A stretch of 64,000 nt of DNA from Eledone cirrhosa (taxonomy: Eukaryota). The notes under the pieces are model-generated. The model did no database searches. It was given only the letters and a program-made list of their open reading frames with translations, and was not told where the DNA came from. Both the position numbers and the translations under genes were made by a program. Below are positions 25,158 through 39,010 of this stretch, in pieces; the first letter of the stretch is position 1; each line of letters begins with the position of its first letter. The stretch lies in NCBI GenBank assembly GCA_964016885.1, contig OZ024740.1:214024001-214088000 (forward strand), given 5' to 3'.

Positions 25158-25420
25158 AGACGTGTGACCTAGTGGTAAAGCTGTCAAAATTACGATCATA
25201 ATATCGTGAGTTCGATAACTGAACTGGCTGAATTGTATGTTGTCTTCTTGAGTAAAACACTTTATTTCATGGTGCTCCAGTATACTCAGTTGAACATGAG
25301 TACCAGTAATAGCTGGTGGTTTAACCTTGCGGTGAACTGGTGTCATGTCCAGGAGGGAGTCGTGTCGCTTCACATCACAAAAACCGGGGATAAGCACCGA
25401 CCTGATGAGCCCCTGACACG
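25158..25420 (+). mobile_element. SINE family B-like
   Basis: GTGACCTAGTGG...GTGAGTTCGAT...GTCTTCTTGAGTAAAACACTTTATTTCA...CCGGGGATAAGCACCGACCTGATGAGCC. Confidence 0.65.
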
Positions 25421-25517
25421 AGACAACTGTCCTCCCTTAACTTGACCAATAGAAGGAAGAAGATTGATATATGTAGACGCCAAGTTAATGAATAATAGTA
25501 ATACAAACAGTGAAAGT

Positions 25518-27030
25518 GGTGACGCTGTTTTACAGAATCTCGTGTAGTAGTTCTGTGTTCTAACTACACACAGAAGCCAACAGTGACGTTGTTTTACAGA
25601 ATCTCGTGTAGTAGTTCTGTGTTCTAACCACACACAGAAGCCAACAGTGACGTTGTTTTACAGAATTTCGTGTAGTAGTTCTGTGTTCTAACCACACACA
25701 GAAGCCAACAGTGACGTTTTTTTTACAGAATCTCGTGTAGTAGTTCTGTGTTCTAACCACACACAGAAGCCAACAGTGACGTTGTTTTACAGAATTTCGT
25801 GTAGTAGTTCTGTGTTCTAACTACACACAGAAGCCAACAGTGACGTTGTTTTACAGAATTTCATGTAGTAGTTCTGTGTTCTAACCACACACAGAAGCCA
25901 ACAGTGACGTTGTTTTACAGAATCTCGTGTAGTAGTTCTGTGTTCTAACTACACACAGAAGCCAACAGTGACGTTGTTTTACAGAATTTCGTGTAGTAGT
26001 TGTGTTCTAACCACACACAGAAGCCAACAGTGACGTTGTTTTACAGAATCTCGTGTAGTAGTTATGTGTTCTAACCACACACAGAAGCCAACAGTGACGT
26101 TGTTTTACAGAATTTCGTGTAGTAGTTCTGTGTTCTAACCACACACAGAAGCCAACAGTGACGTTGTTTTACAGAATCTCGTGTAGTAGTTATGTGTTCT
26201 AACCACACACAGAAGCCAACAGTGACGTGGTTTTACAGAATCTCGTGTCGTAGTTCTGTGTTCTAACCACACACAGAAGGTAACAGTGACGTGGTTTTAC
26301 AGAATCTCGTGTAGTAGTTCTGTGTTCTAACTACACACAGAAGGCAACAGTGACGTTGTTTTACAGAATCTCGTGTAGTAGTTCTGTGTTCTAACTACAC
26401 ACAGAAGGCAACAGTGACGTTGTTTTACAGAATCTCGTGTAGTAGTTCTGTGTTATAACTACACAGAAGGCAACAGTGACGTTGTTTTACAGAATCTCGT
26501 GTAGTAGTTCTGTGTTCTAACTACACAGAAGGCAACAGTGACGTTGTTTTATAGAATCTCGTGTAGTAGTTCTCTGTTCTAACTACACAGAAGGCAACAG
26601 TGACGTTGTTTTACAGAATCTCGTGTAGTAGTTCTCTGTTCTAACTACACAGAAGGCAACAGTGACGTTGTTTTACAGAATCTCGTGTAGTAGTTCTGTG
26701 TTCTAACTACACAGAAGGCAACAGTGACGTTGTTTTACAGAATCTCGTGTAGTAGTTCTCTGTTCTAACTACACAGAAGGCAACAGTGACGTTGTTTTAC
26801 AGAATCTCGTGTAGTAGTTCTCTGTTCTAACTACACAGAAGGCAACAGTGACGTTGTTTTACAGAATCTCGTGTAGCAGTTCTGTGTTCTAACCACACAC
26901 AGAAGGCAACAGTGACGTTGTTTTACAGAATCACCTGTAGTAGTTCTGTGTTCTAACTACACAGAAGGCAACAGTGACGTTGTTTTACAGAATCACGTGT
27001 AGTAGTTCTGTGTTCTTATTACACAGAAGT
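25518..27030. repeat. 64/62-bp minisatellite, about 24 copies, with an internal hairpin in each unit
   Basis: Unit AGTGACGTTGTTTTACAGAATCTCGTGTAGTAGTTCTGTGTTCTAACCACACACAGAAGCCAAC (starts at 25582 and 25646). Later units lose one CA. Confidence 0.97.
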
Positions 27031-28130
27031 CAGCATTACTTTACCTTCTTTTAAGAATCGATACAATTTGTACAAACAATAAATTGATACTTTCGATTGC
27101 ATTTAAACATGCTGTGTTAAAATAACAGCAAACTCATAAACGAATTCCAAATATCTGTATCTTAATTACAATTTTATTGCGGTTTGATATAATTTTAGCT
27201 AGCTTAGATATATTTTTATTGCCAACTCTTGTTGATTTAATTAAAACCTTTTCTGCTTAAATATTTAACAGCGTTTGATAATGAAGTACTTTAAAGCAAA
27301 CAGACTGTGTGTCATTTCACTGATTTCATAGAACATTTTATGGCGTATTTCATTGCAACCATTCCATCTTATCGATTAACGATATTAAACCATAACTACA
27401 AACAGTATTCCACCCCAACCTGTTTTTTTTTTCTCCAAATGAACTGAGTTTTAGTCTATGGCGGTCAGCTGAACAGTTCGAGCGCGCGTGTGTGTGTCTG
27501 TGTGTGTTCTTCTGGTTATATAATTTTATACATTTTTACCAATAGAGAAGCGGTTTCTAACACTGATACAAGACTCTTTCATTGCAATTTAGACAACATC
27601 AACTAGGTAGATATGTCTGTATGTCTGCATGCATGTGTGTGCAGGTATGGGTGTTATTGTATGTGTGGATGTGTGTATGTTTTGAGTTATATGTGTGCAT
27701 GTACATATGCTTTGTATCTGTACAAGTGTATATGCAGTTATTACAGGCAGAATTTTTGGAATGTTTTACATAGTTTAATCTTCCTTTAATGGATTATATG
27801 TATGTATGTATGTATACATACATACACACGTGCGTGTGAGTGTGGTTAATGTTTTCAAAGAAGATTGAATTCAGGAAAGAACCTTTTTCTTCTAATTATA
27901 AAATTATATATATATACAAGCATACACGAGTATTTAAGTGTGTGTATATTCATGTGTCTTACATCCAGGGTGTGTTGTAAAGTAACAGCTATAGAAATAC
28001 AAACTATAAATATTATAATGAAATATTCCAAGGTTTTTAAACTAACAGACTCGGAAATTATAATAATAAATTGTGTAATCCAACAGGTGTGTGTGTTTTC
28101 TATTGGCAGCATGACCCTCCCAAAGTATAA

Positions 28131-28621
<491 letters not shown>

Positions 28622-29228
28622 TCAGGTCACCAGTTGGTGCTACTGGTAACATGTATCCCAGTACAACCTGTCCCATGGTCGGGTCGTTGGCGACTAAACT
28701 GGCAACCCCACCAAGGTTTCTTGGTGAGGAGGGTGACTTTGGACATCCTGCAGGACTAAAAACAAAACCTGTCAAAGGGCAAAGGAGCTCTTAAGAGTCA
28801 ATGGCCATCCAGAATCACCGGGAGAGATGACCCCTTAGCCTTTGTCAAGGCAGAATTCTAGGAGAAGGAAAACTCTGATATAACACCTGCAACCCTGATG
28901 GTATCCAATGATGTTGACTTGTTCTTCTTTTTGGTAAATATCATCTTGGTTAAGAGAGTGGGACTGGCTTTGTGCAGTGCCTTTGCTCACTATAAAAGCT
29001 TCACGGCACAGGCATTGCTTTATATCTGGAGATCTCTCTGCACTTGTCGTCACATGGTACCATGGGCCTAGCACTATGTGTCAATAATTGTCACAAGTGT
29101 AGTGTTTGTACCAGAGTTTTCAAGTCGCTGGCTGGACTAAAAAGTCAGTCATTCAGCGCATCGGTAGAGGTTCTCCTACATGGATATGAAGTAGTGGCCG
29201 TACTCGAAAACGAGTTGGCAGCCACCAT
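28622..29228 (+). mobile_element. probable RTE-derived short non-autonomous retroposon
   Basis: The 3' part encodes [18 protein letters not shown], resembling the C-terminal C2H2 finger of RTE ORFs, followed by a short UTR and a (TATG)n tail. The 5' part is non-coding and lacks RT. (TATG)n lies on both sides. Confidence 0.45.
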
Positions 29229-30598
<1,370 letters not shown>

Positions 30599-32455
30599 CA
30601 GATTTTGGCCAAGGTGCTAGCAAAGAGGTTGGCGCTTGTCGTGGGCAACCTGGTGGGAGATGCGCAGACATGCGCTATCCCGTCCAGGTCCATCCATGAC
30701 AACCTCCACCTCATGCGATACATCATAGAGAGGGTTGGGAACGAACCCGGCTTTGGTGGGGCTCTGATCAACTTGGATCAATCTAAGGCGTTCGATAGGG
30801 TCGACCATGGTTACCTGGATGCGGTGCTAGCGGCGGCAGGCTTCGGAGCCGTTTTCAGGGGCTGGATCACTGCTATGCACAGCAGCCGCATCTGCTCTAG
30901 GGTCAAGGTGAACGGCTACCTCTCGGAGCCGTTCAAAATCGCGCGGTCCATCCGACAAGGGTGCCCTCTCTCCTCCCTTCTGTATGTATTGACTCTCGAG
31001 CCACTACTGCGGAAGTTGGAGTTGTTGCAGGGCATCCCTTTGGAACCGGGATTGCGGAAAGCGGTGTCGGCCTACGCCGATGACGTGACAGTAATGGTGT
31101 CGACGGCCTCCGAAATCGAGGCGGTCGGCACCTTACTGGAGGAGTACGAAAAGTTCACAGGGGCTAAGCTGAACCGGGACAAGTCGATCGGTTTGCAACT
31201 CGGCACGTGGAGGGGCAGACCGATGCCCTCCGATAGCGTCGTCGGACGCTGGACGGAGGGCCCGGTGAAGTTGCTCGGGGTCTGGTTCGGACCGGACCTC
31301 CAGGTGGAGAAAAACTGGGCGGAGGTTACGAACAGAGTGTTTGCACTGACCCAGAAGTGGGCCAGTTGCAAACTATCCCTGAAAGGTCGGGCGGAGGTGG
31401 CGAACACCTACATAGCGTCCGTCATCTACTACCGCCTGACCGTAGTGCCCTGCCCAAGGGAAACCCTCACCAAGATGGAGCGCGCGCTCTTCCAATTCCT
31501 TTGGAAGAGGCGGGCTCCTATGGTGAGGAGATCCATCTGCTGTCAACACCCTTCGAAAGGAGGGCTGGGGATGCCGTGGCTAATGATGCGTAAACACGCA
31601 TTAAGGCTACGGCACCTCTACGTATTCCTCACCGGACAACCGGTGTGGGCCTCGTTTGTGAGACGAACCTTTCCCAGACTCGTCTCACTCACCGAGCTGC
31701 AATCCTGGGTCAAGCAAAGACCGAGAAAACTGGGCGCCTGGCACACTGAGTGTGCCCAGGCGCTCACCGCCCTCTGGCAGGCGGATCCGGTTATCAGTGG
31801 AGACTCCACCGCAACATTCTATAGAGGGCTGGTACGCAGCAGGTGCGACGACGCCCTCGGAGAAGCCCTAGACATGGAGGAGGACGAACTGGCCAGCCTT
31901 TTCGGTAGGACATTCAGCCCGGGACCTATGGACAACTTCCAGAAGTCCCTGGCCTGGCAGTGCTACCGAGGGGCTTTACCCGTTCGAGAAAGGCTCTACA
32001 GACACGGGCGCCCGGGTAGGGACCCCGCCAAAAAGATCTGTCCCAGATGCGTGTGCGACGAGGAAACCGTTGCACACGCATTAGTACACTGCTCGGGCGT
32101 AGCCGATCTGTGGGGCTATGTCGAACAACTGCTGTCAAGGGTGGGACCGATCCGGTTGACCACCGAGTCTATTGTAATGATCAAGCCGCCTCCCCCCTTC
32201 AAAGATGAAGCAGAGGCGGTGTTTCTGTGCGTAATAGCCATGGCGAAAGAGGTTGTATGGTGGACGCGTCTGAAAGGACTGAGGTCGGGCACCTTTCTCT
32301 CTGGCCAACAACTGGTCCGTTTCTTCCGATATCATTTCGGAAGAAGGATCAGGATGGAGAGAGAGGTGCTGCACCCCAGCCGTTTCTATGAAAGATGGGT
32401 GAAAGTGGCGAGAATGGCCCGTGTGAATGGGCCTTCACTCTACATCAGACTATAG
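30599..32455 (+). CDS. LINE ORF2 C-terminal portion: reverse transcriptase plus C-terminal CCHC zinc finger (no start codon or endonuclease; 5'-truncated)
   Basis: Open frame with [57 protein letters not shown] and [16 protein letters not shown]. Confidence 0.9.
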   Translation, partial: QILAKVLAKRLALVVGNLVGDAQTCAIPSRSIHDNLHLMRYIIERVGNEPGFGGALINLDQSKAFDRVDHGYLDAVLAAAGFGAVFRGWITAMHSSRICSRVKVNGYLSEPFKIARSIRQGCPLSSLLYVLTLEPLLRKLELLQGIPLEPGLRKAVSAYADDVTVMVSTASEIEAVGTLLEEYEKFTGAKLNRDKSIGLQLGTWRGRPMPSDSVVGRWTEGPVKLLGVWFGPDLQVEKNWAEVTNRVFALTQKWASCKLSLKGRAEVANTYIASVIYYRLTVVPCPRETLTKMERALFQFLWKRRAPMVRRSICCQHPSKGGLGMPWLMMRKHALRLRHLYVFLTGQPVWASFVRRTFPRLVSLTELQSWVKQRPRKLGAWHTECAQALTALWQADPVISGDSTATFYRGLVRSRCDDALGEALDMEEDELASLFGRTFSPGPMDNFQKSLAWQCYRGALPVRERLYRHGRPGRDPAKKICPRCVCDEETVAHALVHCSGVADLWGYVEQLLSRVGPIRLTTESIVMIKPPPPFKDEAEAVFLCVIAMAKEVVWWTRLKGLRSGTFLSGQQLVRFFRYHFGRRIRMEREVLHPSRFYERWVKVARMARVNGPSLYIRL

Positions 32456-32717
32456 GTGAGGAAGATGAAAGACCAAGGGAGCACCCCTTCTCTGTGCTCC
32501 TGAGGAGAAGGGTTGCACACTTTTTTCGGGGGTGTGTGCGACCCCCCAAGGCGCCTCCTCTCTATTGAGGATTTTGTTAAAAATGTTATTTTTTGTTATA
32601 TCTTATTTTATTTTTATATTTTGTTATTGCCTCCTCCTTATTGAGGACGCCTTTTTGTGTAAACTCCCCCCTTTGTACTTGTCCCACTTTTGATGCCCTA
32701 GTGGCAAATAAAAGAAA
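30599..32717 (+). mobile_element. 5'-truncated Tx1-clade (L1-group) LINE, young copy
   Basis: ORF2 remnant to 32455, 3' UTR with AATAAA at 32707, and (TA)n on both flanks. Confidence 0.93.
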
Positions 32718-32718
32718 T

Positions 32719-32763
<45 letters not shown>

Positions 32764-32849
32764 GTACAACGTTGATGTGTTAGGTACGTTAATAGATGAG
32801 TACAGTGATATTGTCAAATGTAATGTAAGGTAATATTGTTGTCAGATAA

Positions 32850-33068
32850 TGATTTCTACTTTAGGCACAAGGCCAGCATTTTGAAGGGAGGCGAAAGTCG
32901 ATTAAATCGACCCCAGTAAATTACTGGTGCTTTATTTTATCAACCCCCGTAAGGATGAAAAGCAAAGCTAACCTCGTCGGGATTTGAACTCACAATGTAA
33001 AGAGCCATAACTCTATGCTACGAAGCATGGCGTCTGATGCTCTACCGATACTGTCAATCCACCGCCAT
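32850..33068 (-). mobile_element. SINE family A
   Basis: Same head, core and tail as 19675-19891. Confidence 0.88.
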
Positions 33069-33312
33069 TGTCAGATATAATGTGAACACATAGTCGAGTG
33101 TTATGCAGTCATTTTTCGAAGCGTGGAACAGAAATATTGATAGCTGCCATACTTGTATAACCAAAACAGTGATAGTTGGTTTACAGCTAATTGTTATACA
33201 GATGCCACACAAAATAATGTAATACAAATAATTACATTGTCTCAGATATTAAAGTTACATTGGAAGATGACATAAATGTTATTTTGCCAAAACTGTCATT
33301 AACACTAACATA

Positions 33313-33663
33313 CGAGGGTCGGTTGAAAAGTTCATAGCGTGACCAAGATACTCTCATGGAATGACCAAATGAGGTTTAATTTTCAACATAGTCCCTGGAA
33401 AGAAACAATGCAGTTATAAATTTAATAAGAGGAGTTGAAGTTAATGCATGCTAGAATTCACAGCTCTAGCATCACTCCTTCATTGGCTGACCAAGATACT
33501 CTCATGAAATGACCAAATGGGGTTTAATTTTCAACATAGTCCCTGGAAAGAAACAATGCAGTTATTAATTTAATAAGAAGAGTTGAAATTAATGCATGCT
33601 AGAATTCACAGCCCTAGCATTAATCCTTTATAGTCAATCTATGAACTTTTCAGCCGACCCTCA
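33313..33663. mobile_element. mariner-derived MITE with an internal tandem duplication
   Basis: TA-CGAGGGTCGGTTGAAAAGTTCATAG ... CTATGAACTTTTCAGCCGACCCTCA-TA. An internal ~148-bp segment beginning TGACCAAGATACTCTCATG is present twice. Confidence 0.88.
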
Positions 33664-34370
33664 TATCTATCTAACAAAGTAAATCCAGAAAGCCGCTTCT
33701 TTAAAACAACAACAGCAACAACAATAAGTGTTTCTGATTTAGGAACAAGGCCAACAATTTTGGGAGAGGGGAAAGTCAATTAAATCGACCTTAGTGTATT
33801 ACTGGTACTATTTCAACCATCTCAGTGATCTAAATTTGAAATTGTGGGTTAGTAACAAATTGTTTCCTATCTTAGTAAACGATATCAATACATTCTAGAT
33901 GAATCTGAAACTGTTCATCTCACAACTCAGGTTCCATCGTCGAACGAACTTACGGCAGATAATGGCGATTATTTTGAAAAATCAGATTATAGCAAGAGTC
34001 ACGTGGAAGTTATTTTCGTAATTTTGCTAAAGATGATTGCAGACTTCCAATTAAAAGTCCATGTTCACTTAGTAAACAAAAAATGCCATGAACATGTCTA
34101 GTAACAAACAAACGAAACTAATTAACTTGAAAACAAATTGATTATTAAATATATATGTCTAATTTTTGTCAGTTCAACTGTTGGCGTGATTAATTTCTGT
34201 GAATATTTTTCAGAATTAAGAAAATTTGCCAAGAGTTATGTATTTGTCTGTTTAGGAGGACATACAAGTTTGAATATGTGAATATATATTTTAAAACATG
34301 AAATTTATAAAAGAAAAACAACCAATGGAAGCCATAATTGGTTGATTCAAATCATTATATCAGGTAAAAA

Positions 34371-34612
34371 CGAGGGTCAACTTGTAACTTCATGGGCTGA
34401 CCAAGATACTCGCATGGAATGAGACCAAATGAGGTTTATTTTTCAACATAGTCCTCCTTGCGGTCCTCACACTTCTTCCATCGATGTTGCAGTGCTTGGA
34501 TTCCATTTGTGAAGAAGATTTCATCCTGTTGGTCAAGAAAGTCATCAACAGCAGACATGATGTCATCATTACAGCATACTGTTTTTTTTTTATGTTAGGG
34601 AACAAATGATCG
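34371..34612 (-). pseudogene. mariner transposase C-terminus plus one TIR (probable parent of the MITEs)
   Basis: Minus strand encodes GIQALQHRWKKCEDRKEDYVEK*, the typical mariner C-terminus. Subterminal sequence matches the 33313 and 35733 MITEs. Confidence 0.85.
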
Positions 34613-34704
34613 TCAGGAGAAGATCTTTTAAAACACTATAACATCTAAAACTGCTAAATATATATTTCTATATATATTTTTTATTCAAGATTTGAAAGGA
34701 GATA

Positions 34705-35355
34705 AAATAATTGTTTCTACTTTAGGCACAAAGCCAACAATTTGAAGGCGGGGGAGGAGTCGATTAAATCGATTCCAATGTATTACTAGGGCTTTATTTT
34801 ATTGACCCCATAAGGACGAAAGGCAAAGTTAACTTTGGCGGGATTTGAACTCAGACCCTAAAGGGACGTAACTATGCTGGAAAGCATGACGTCCGACTCT
34901 CTACCAATACTGCCAATCCTCCACCAAAGGTGATAAAATAATTGTTTCTACTTTTAGCACAAGGCCAGCAATTTTTGGAGAGGGGAAAGTCGATTAAATC
35001 GACCCCAGTGCATGACTGGTACTTTATTTTATCGACCCCGTAATGATGAAAGGCAAAGTTAACTTCGGCGGGATTTGAACTCAGACCATAAAGGGCCGTA
35101 ACTCTTTGCTGCAAAGCATGGCGTCAGACCCTCTACCGATACTGTCAATCCTCCACCAAAGGTGATAAAATAATTGTTTCTACTTTTGGCACAAGGCCAG
35201 CAATTATCCCAGTGCATTACTGGTACTTTATTTTATCGACCCCGTAAGGATGAAAGGCAAAGTTAACCTCGGTGGGATTTGAACTCAGAATGGCAAGGGT
35301 CGTAACTCCATGCGTCAAAGCACAGCGTCCGACCCTCTACCGATACTGCCAAATG
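34705..35355 (-). mobile_element. three head-to-tail SINE family A copies
   Basis: Units start at ~34705, ~34932 and ~35163 with GATAAAATAATTGTTTCTACTTT. The linker AATCCTCCACCAAAGGTGATAAAATAAT is identical at both junctions. Confidence 0.9.
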
Positions 35356-35732
35356 GCACGTAAAAACATAGAATGTAAACTTCTTGCTCATATTGGCTCA
35401 ATTATTAAGGCGTTGAAATATCAGCGAAATGGTTGTAGTTTATATCCCGTTAATGCTGCTGTGTTAGACCAACGAACAAAATACATCATTTCCAAATACT
35501 ACAGTACACCAGGCCGTAAATGTGAGCAGTAATAGGACAGTAACTTTGGCTAGTGCCTCGTTAGCTTGCATTACTGAGTTATTGTGTGGGATCTACCTGT
35601 AAGGGTGTCCTAACATATTATATATATTCACTAAAACATATTTGGAGAACATTCCTCAAGCAGTCCATCCAAATCAGTGTAATCGTAAAGAAAACAATAC
35701 TTCAAGCTTCCAAATATCTTCTAAATGTTATA

Positions 35733-35931
35733 CGAGGGTCGGCTGGATCGTTCATAGGCTTACTATGAAGGAGTGATGCTAGAGCTGTGAAATCTTACAT
35801 GACATTAATTTCAACTCTTCTTATTAATAATTACATTGTTTCTTTCTAGGGACTATGTTGAAAAATATACCTCATTTGGTCATTCCATGAGAGTATCTTG
35901 ATCAGTTTATGAACATTTGAGCCGGCCCTCG
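35733..35931. mobile_element. mariner-derived MITE
   Basis: TA-CGAGGGTCGGCT...AGCCGGCCCTCG-TA; opposite orientation to the 33313 copy. Confidence 0.88.
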
Positions 35932-36764
35932 TATATTCCCAACCATTTTGTATGTACGGATTTAGCCTTCTAGAAGACGGAAGCTCAACAGTGTCAAAGA
36001 AATAAATTATCTTAATTACTGACAATAGTTAATATCACCTCGTACCAGTTTACGTATTTTAGCTCTCACTCCTTCCCCGCAAAAAAGAAAACATACAGCA
36101 ATATGTAAAGAAACAACAGAATAACCATCTTCTGTCCACAGAGAGTTTATAAGCTTACTGTAAGGTTAAACTGGCCTGCCAATTAACCTTACAGTACATG
36201 CACTGATAACGCGAATTAAAGAATTGACCTTCTCCATAAAATCGGAATGATAGGAGCCCATCCGAGGAAGGAGCCCTGCCAAGTGGGGTGGCTGTTGCAG
36301 CGGGTGTCGCTGGCCTTGCCATTTTGTCCGCGGGGTGCAATCGAAACACCACCTTGACTTAGGTGTAGAATCTGTCACACGTCCCCCCTTTCTTTCGTGC
36401 CAAATAATCCTTACTCTTTCCCTCCTTTTCATCCCATTTATAGCATTTATAGTCCTTTCCAATACTACTTTATTTTTTTAGATGTTTGACTAAATATTAA
36501 ATTCTTTATTAATTTTATGTAATTTTATCCTGGAAATATATTTGAGTATTTTGAAATAATATATTATTTAGGGATAATTTCTTATTCAATCTATACGTTT
36601 TCAATCTTTCTCTGATGAAATTCTAACAAAACTAGAAATTAAACAATTGCTCCCTCCTTACGCTTTTCTGGTCACGGAAAGATAAAACCGCTGGGGTGAC
36701 CACTTCCTTTACTTTTCACAGCGAAGGTAAATTGTATTTTTATTTTCAGTTATCAAATAAAAAA

Positions 36765-36950
36765 ATAATTGTTTCTACTTTTGGCACAAGGCCAGCAATT
36801 ACCCAGTGCATTACTGGTACTTTATTCTATCGACCCCGTAAGGATGAAAGGCAAAGTCAACCTCGGCGGGATTTGAACTCAGATCGTAAAGGGACGTAAC
36901 TATGCTGGAAAGCATGGCGTCCGACCCTCTACCGATACTGCCAATCCACC
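36765..36950 (-). mobile_element. SINE family A
   Basis: Near-identical to 11478-11667. Confidence 0.9.
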
Positions 36951-36994
36951 GGTATAATATCAAATAAAAAAGTAATGTATGTTCTTTATATATA

Positions 36995-37154
36995 CAGTGA
37001 AATTCTGTTATAACGAAATTCACGAGGTATAAAAGAAAATTCGTTGTAATGAAAAATTCTTTATAACCAGATCGACCTAACACATCGAGCGTGTGGCCGG
37101 GTATTAAAAAAAAATTGTTATACTGAAAAATTCGTTATAACAGAATTTTACCTG
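36995..37154. mobile_element. pogo/Tigger-like MITE
   Basis: TA-CAGTGAAATTCTGTTATAACGAA ... TTCGTTATAACAGAATTTTACCTG-TA. Confidence 0.8.
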
Positions 37155-37198
37155 TATATACACTGTACCGATTGTGTTGTTATTTCTGTTTACCTTTT

Positions 37199-37228
<30 letters not shown>

Positions 37229-37231
<3 letters not shown>

Positions 37232-37425
37232 GGAACATGTTTAACCCCGACGGCAGAGCTCAAGCCGTTTAGACGGCTATTTCTGGACTCCAGAAATAGC
37301 CGTCGAAACGGCTTGAGCTCTGCCGTCGGGGTTAAACATTTTCCTATTACCAACTCTACTACCCTAAGTATTGAGTACTCTGGTACGTTATGGTCCATCT
37401 GGTTCCTTACCACACCTCCTTCGTT
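37229..37425 (+). mobile_element. near-perfect ~119-bp palindrome with hammerhead 3' half and GAGTAC tail, inserted in (TA)n
   Basis: Arms 37229-37287 and 37289-37347 with two mismatches. C-GAA-ACGGC-ttgagctct-GCCGT-C-GGGG at 37304-37331. Tail ACTCTACTACCCTAAGTATTGAGTACTC. Confidence 0.75.
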
Positions 37426-37494
37426 ATATATATATAGCTAGACAGATAAATAGCTAGCTAGCTAGATAGACAAATATATATATATGTGTGTGTC

Positions 37495-37605
37495 AAGTTT
37501 AATATAGAAATGGCTTCTACAAGTCTAGAACTTTAATTTCTATATTAAATTTTGTTTACACTCTAATAATGTATTGAGTATCATACTTGCTGTGGTTACC
37601 CCCGA
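37495..37605 (+). mobile_element. collapsed copy of the 20053/20897 family
   Basis: TTTAATATAGAAAT...ATTTCTATATTAAA arm stubs, GGCTTCTACAAGTCTAGAACT, and tail GTATTGAGTATCATACTTGCTGTGGTTACCCCGA. Confidence 0.7.
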
Positions 37606-38351
37606 ATGTCTGTGATCTTAGAGTTCGAGATTTCTAAACGGAGACTGATACACCTTAGAAATACAAACTCAGGGGTGTCTTCGTGATTTCTCAGACTGTT
37701 AAAAATAACAGCCAAAATGCCCCTCATATTACACCTTAAAATGTAAAAGATCTTTTTAAAAAAAACGCACAAAAGACAACATACTCTTAGCGTGAATGCG
37801 TTTGATCATGGCTCTTTTTGATCCGAGGTGACCTTGGGCTAAACAACAACAGCCACAAATCAAGACTCTTGAAATGAACGGTTGATAAGGTAAGAGAGTT
37901 AAGCACTGAGGTGGCTTTGTTATTATATCTGAGTGGGTATGATGCTGGTTTTAAGAGTCACGAGTTTATAAACTGCCACAGGCAATACAATCTGTCTATA
38001 CATAACTCTACCTGCTTTAAGAAGCGCTAACAAAATGGTGGTGTAAAGCTAAGCCAGCATTGATCAGCGGTAAGCTATCATGAAACCAACATAGTGCTTC
38101 TCTCAAAACCGCCATTATTTCCTATATATAAACAAACAAAAATAATAACAACATTTAAAATTGGTGGTTTTATTCAACTTCATATAGATATTTCATGAAT
38201 CTGTCGAAGAACGCTGAACAGTTAGATTGTTTAGAGATCTGGTATATCTATATATGTGGTGGTGGTGGTGGTGGTGGAAGGCATACATAAACGCTTACAC
38301 ACGCATATACACACACTCTTCCTCGTACACACACACTTTCTCATACACGAG

Positions 38352-38555
38352 CGAGGGTCGGCTGAAAAGTTCATAGGCTGACTATGAAGGAGTGATGTGA
38401 AATCTTGCATGCATTAATTTCAACTCTTCTTATTAAATTTATAACTGCATTGTTTTTTTTCCAGGAACTATGTTGAAAAATAAACCTCATATGGTCACTT
38501 CATGAGAGTATCTTGGCCAGCCTATGAAGGAGTGATGCTAGAGCTGTGAAATCTT
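38352..38555. mobile_element. mariner-derived MITE, one TIR only
   Basis: CGAGGGTCGGCTGAAAAGTTCATAGGCTGACTATGAAGG; matches the 35733 copy. Confidence 0.8.
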
Positions 38556-38704
38556 TACCATTCACTGGGTTTACCTATTCCACCTTTTTACTGTTAGTAT
38601 TTCAGAATGTTGTCATAAATTCCAGTTTATTTAAATACAAATTCTGTCCTATTGACAGCCAAAGACAATGTTGTTAAGCATTTATTTTCCTTGTATTGTG
38701 CGTC

Positions 38705-39010
38705 ATGAAGGTGCATAGCTCATGGTTAGAGCGTTAAACTTACAATTTGTGAAGCTGTGAGATCGATTCCCGCACCGGGTAATTCGCTGTGTTCTTGAGC
38801 AAGACACTTTATTTCAGGTTGTCCCAGTTCACTCTGCTGTTGAAATGAGTTGTGACGTCACTGGTGCCAAGCTGTATCTGCCATAGCCTTTCCCTTGGGC
38901 AACATTGGTAGCGTGGAGAGAGGAGACTGGTATACATGGGTGACTACTGGTCTTCTACAAAACGCCCTGTCCAGATTTGTGCCTCAGAGGTGAAAACCCC
39001 ATGGTTATTC
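38705..39010 (+). mobile_element. SINE family B
   Basis: GATCGATTCCCGCACCGGG...GTGTTCTTGAGCAAGACACTTTATTTCA...CAGTTCACTCTGCTGTTGAAATGAGT. Confidence 0.7.

Noticed and set aside
25395-25435. CCTGATGAGCCCC...GAGACAACTGTC as a hammerhead
   Set aside because: No GAAA, and stems I and II do not pair; it is part of a SINE tail.
36156-36196. Pre-miRNA call for the 14-bp hairpin
   Set aside because: At about 40 nt it is too short for a canonical precursor, and flanking pairing is poor.
36605-36655. CTGATGA...TAAACAATTGC as a minimal Penelope-type hammerhead
   Set aside because: It needs at least two core changes and stem I does not pair. It could be a relic but is not supportable.
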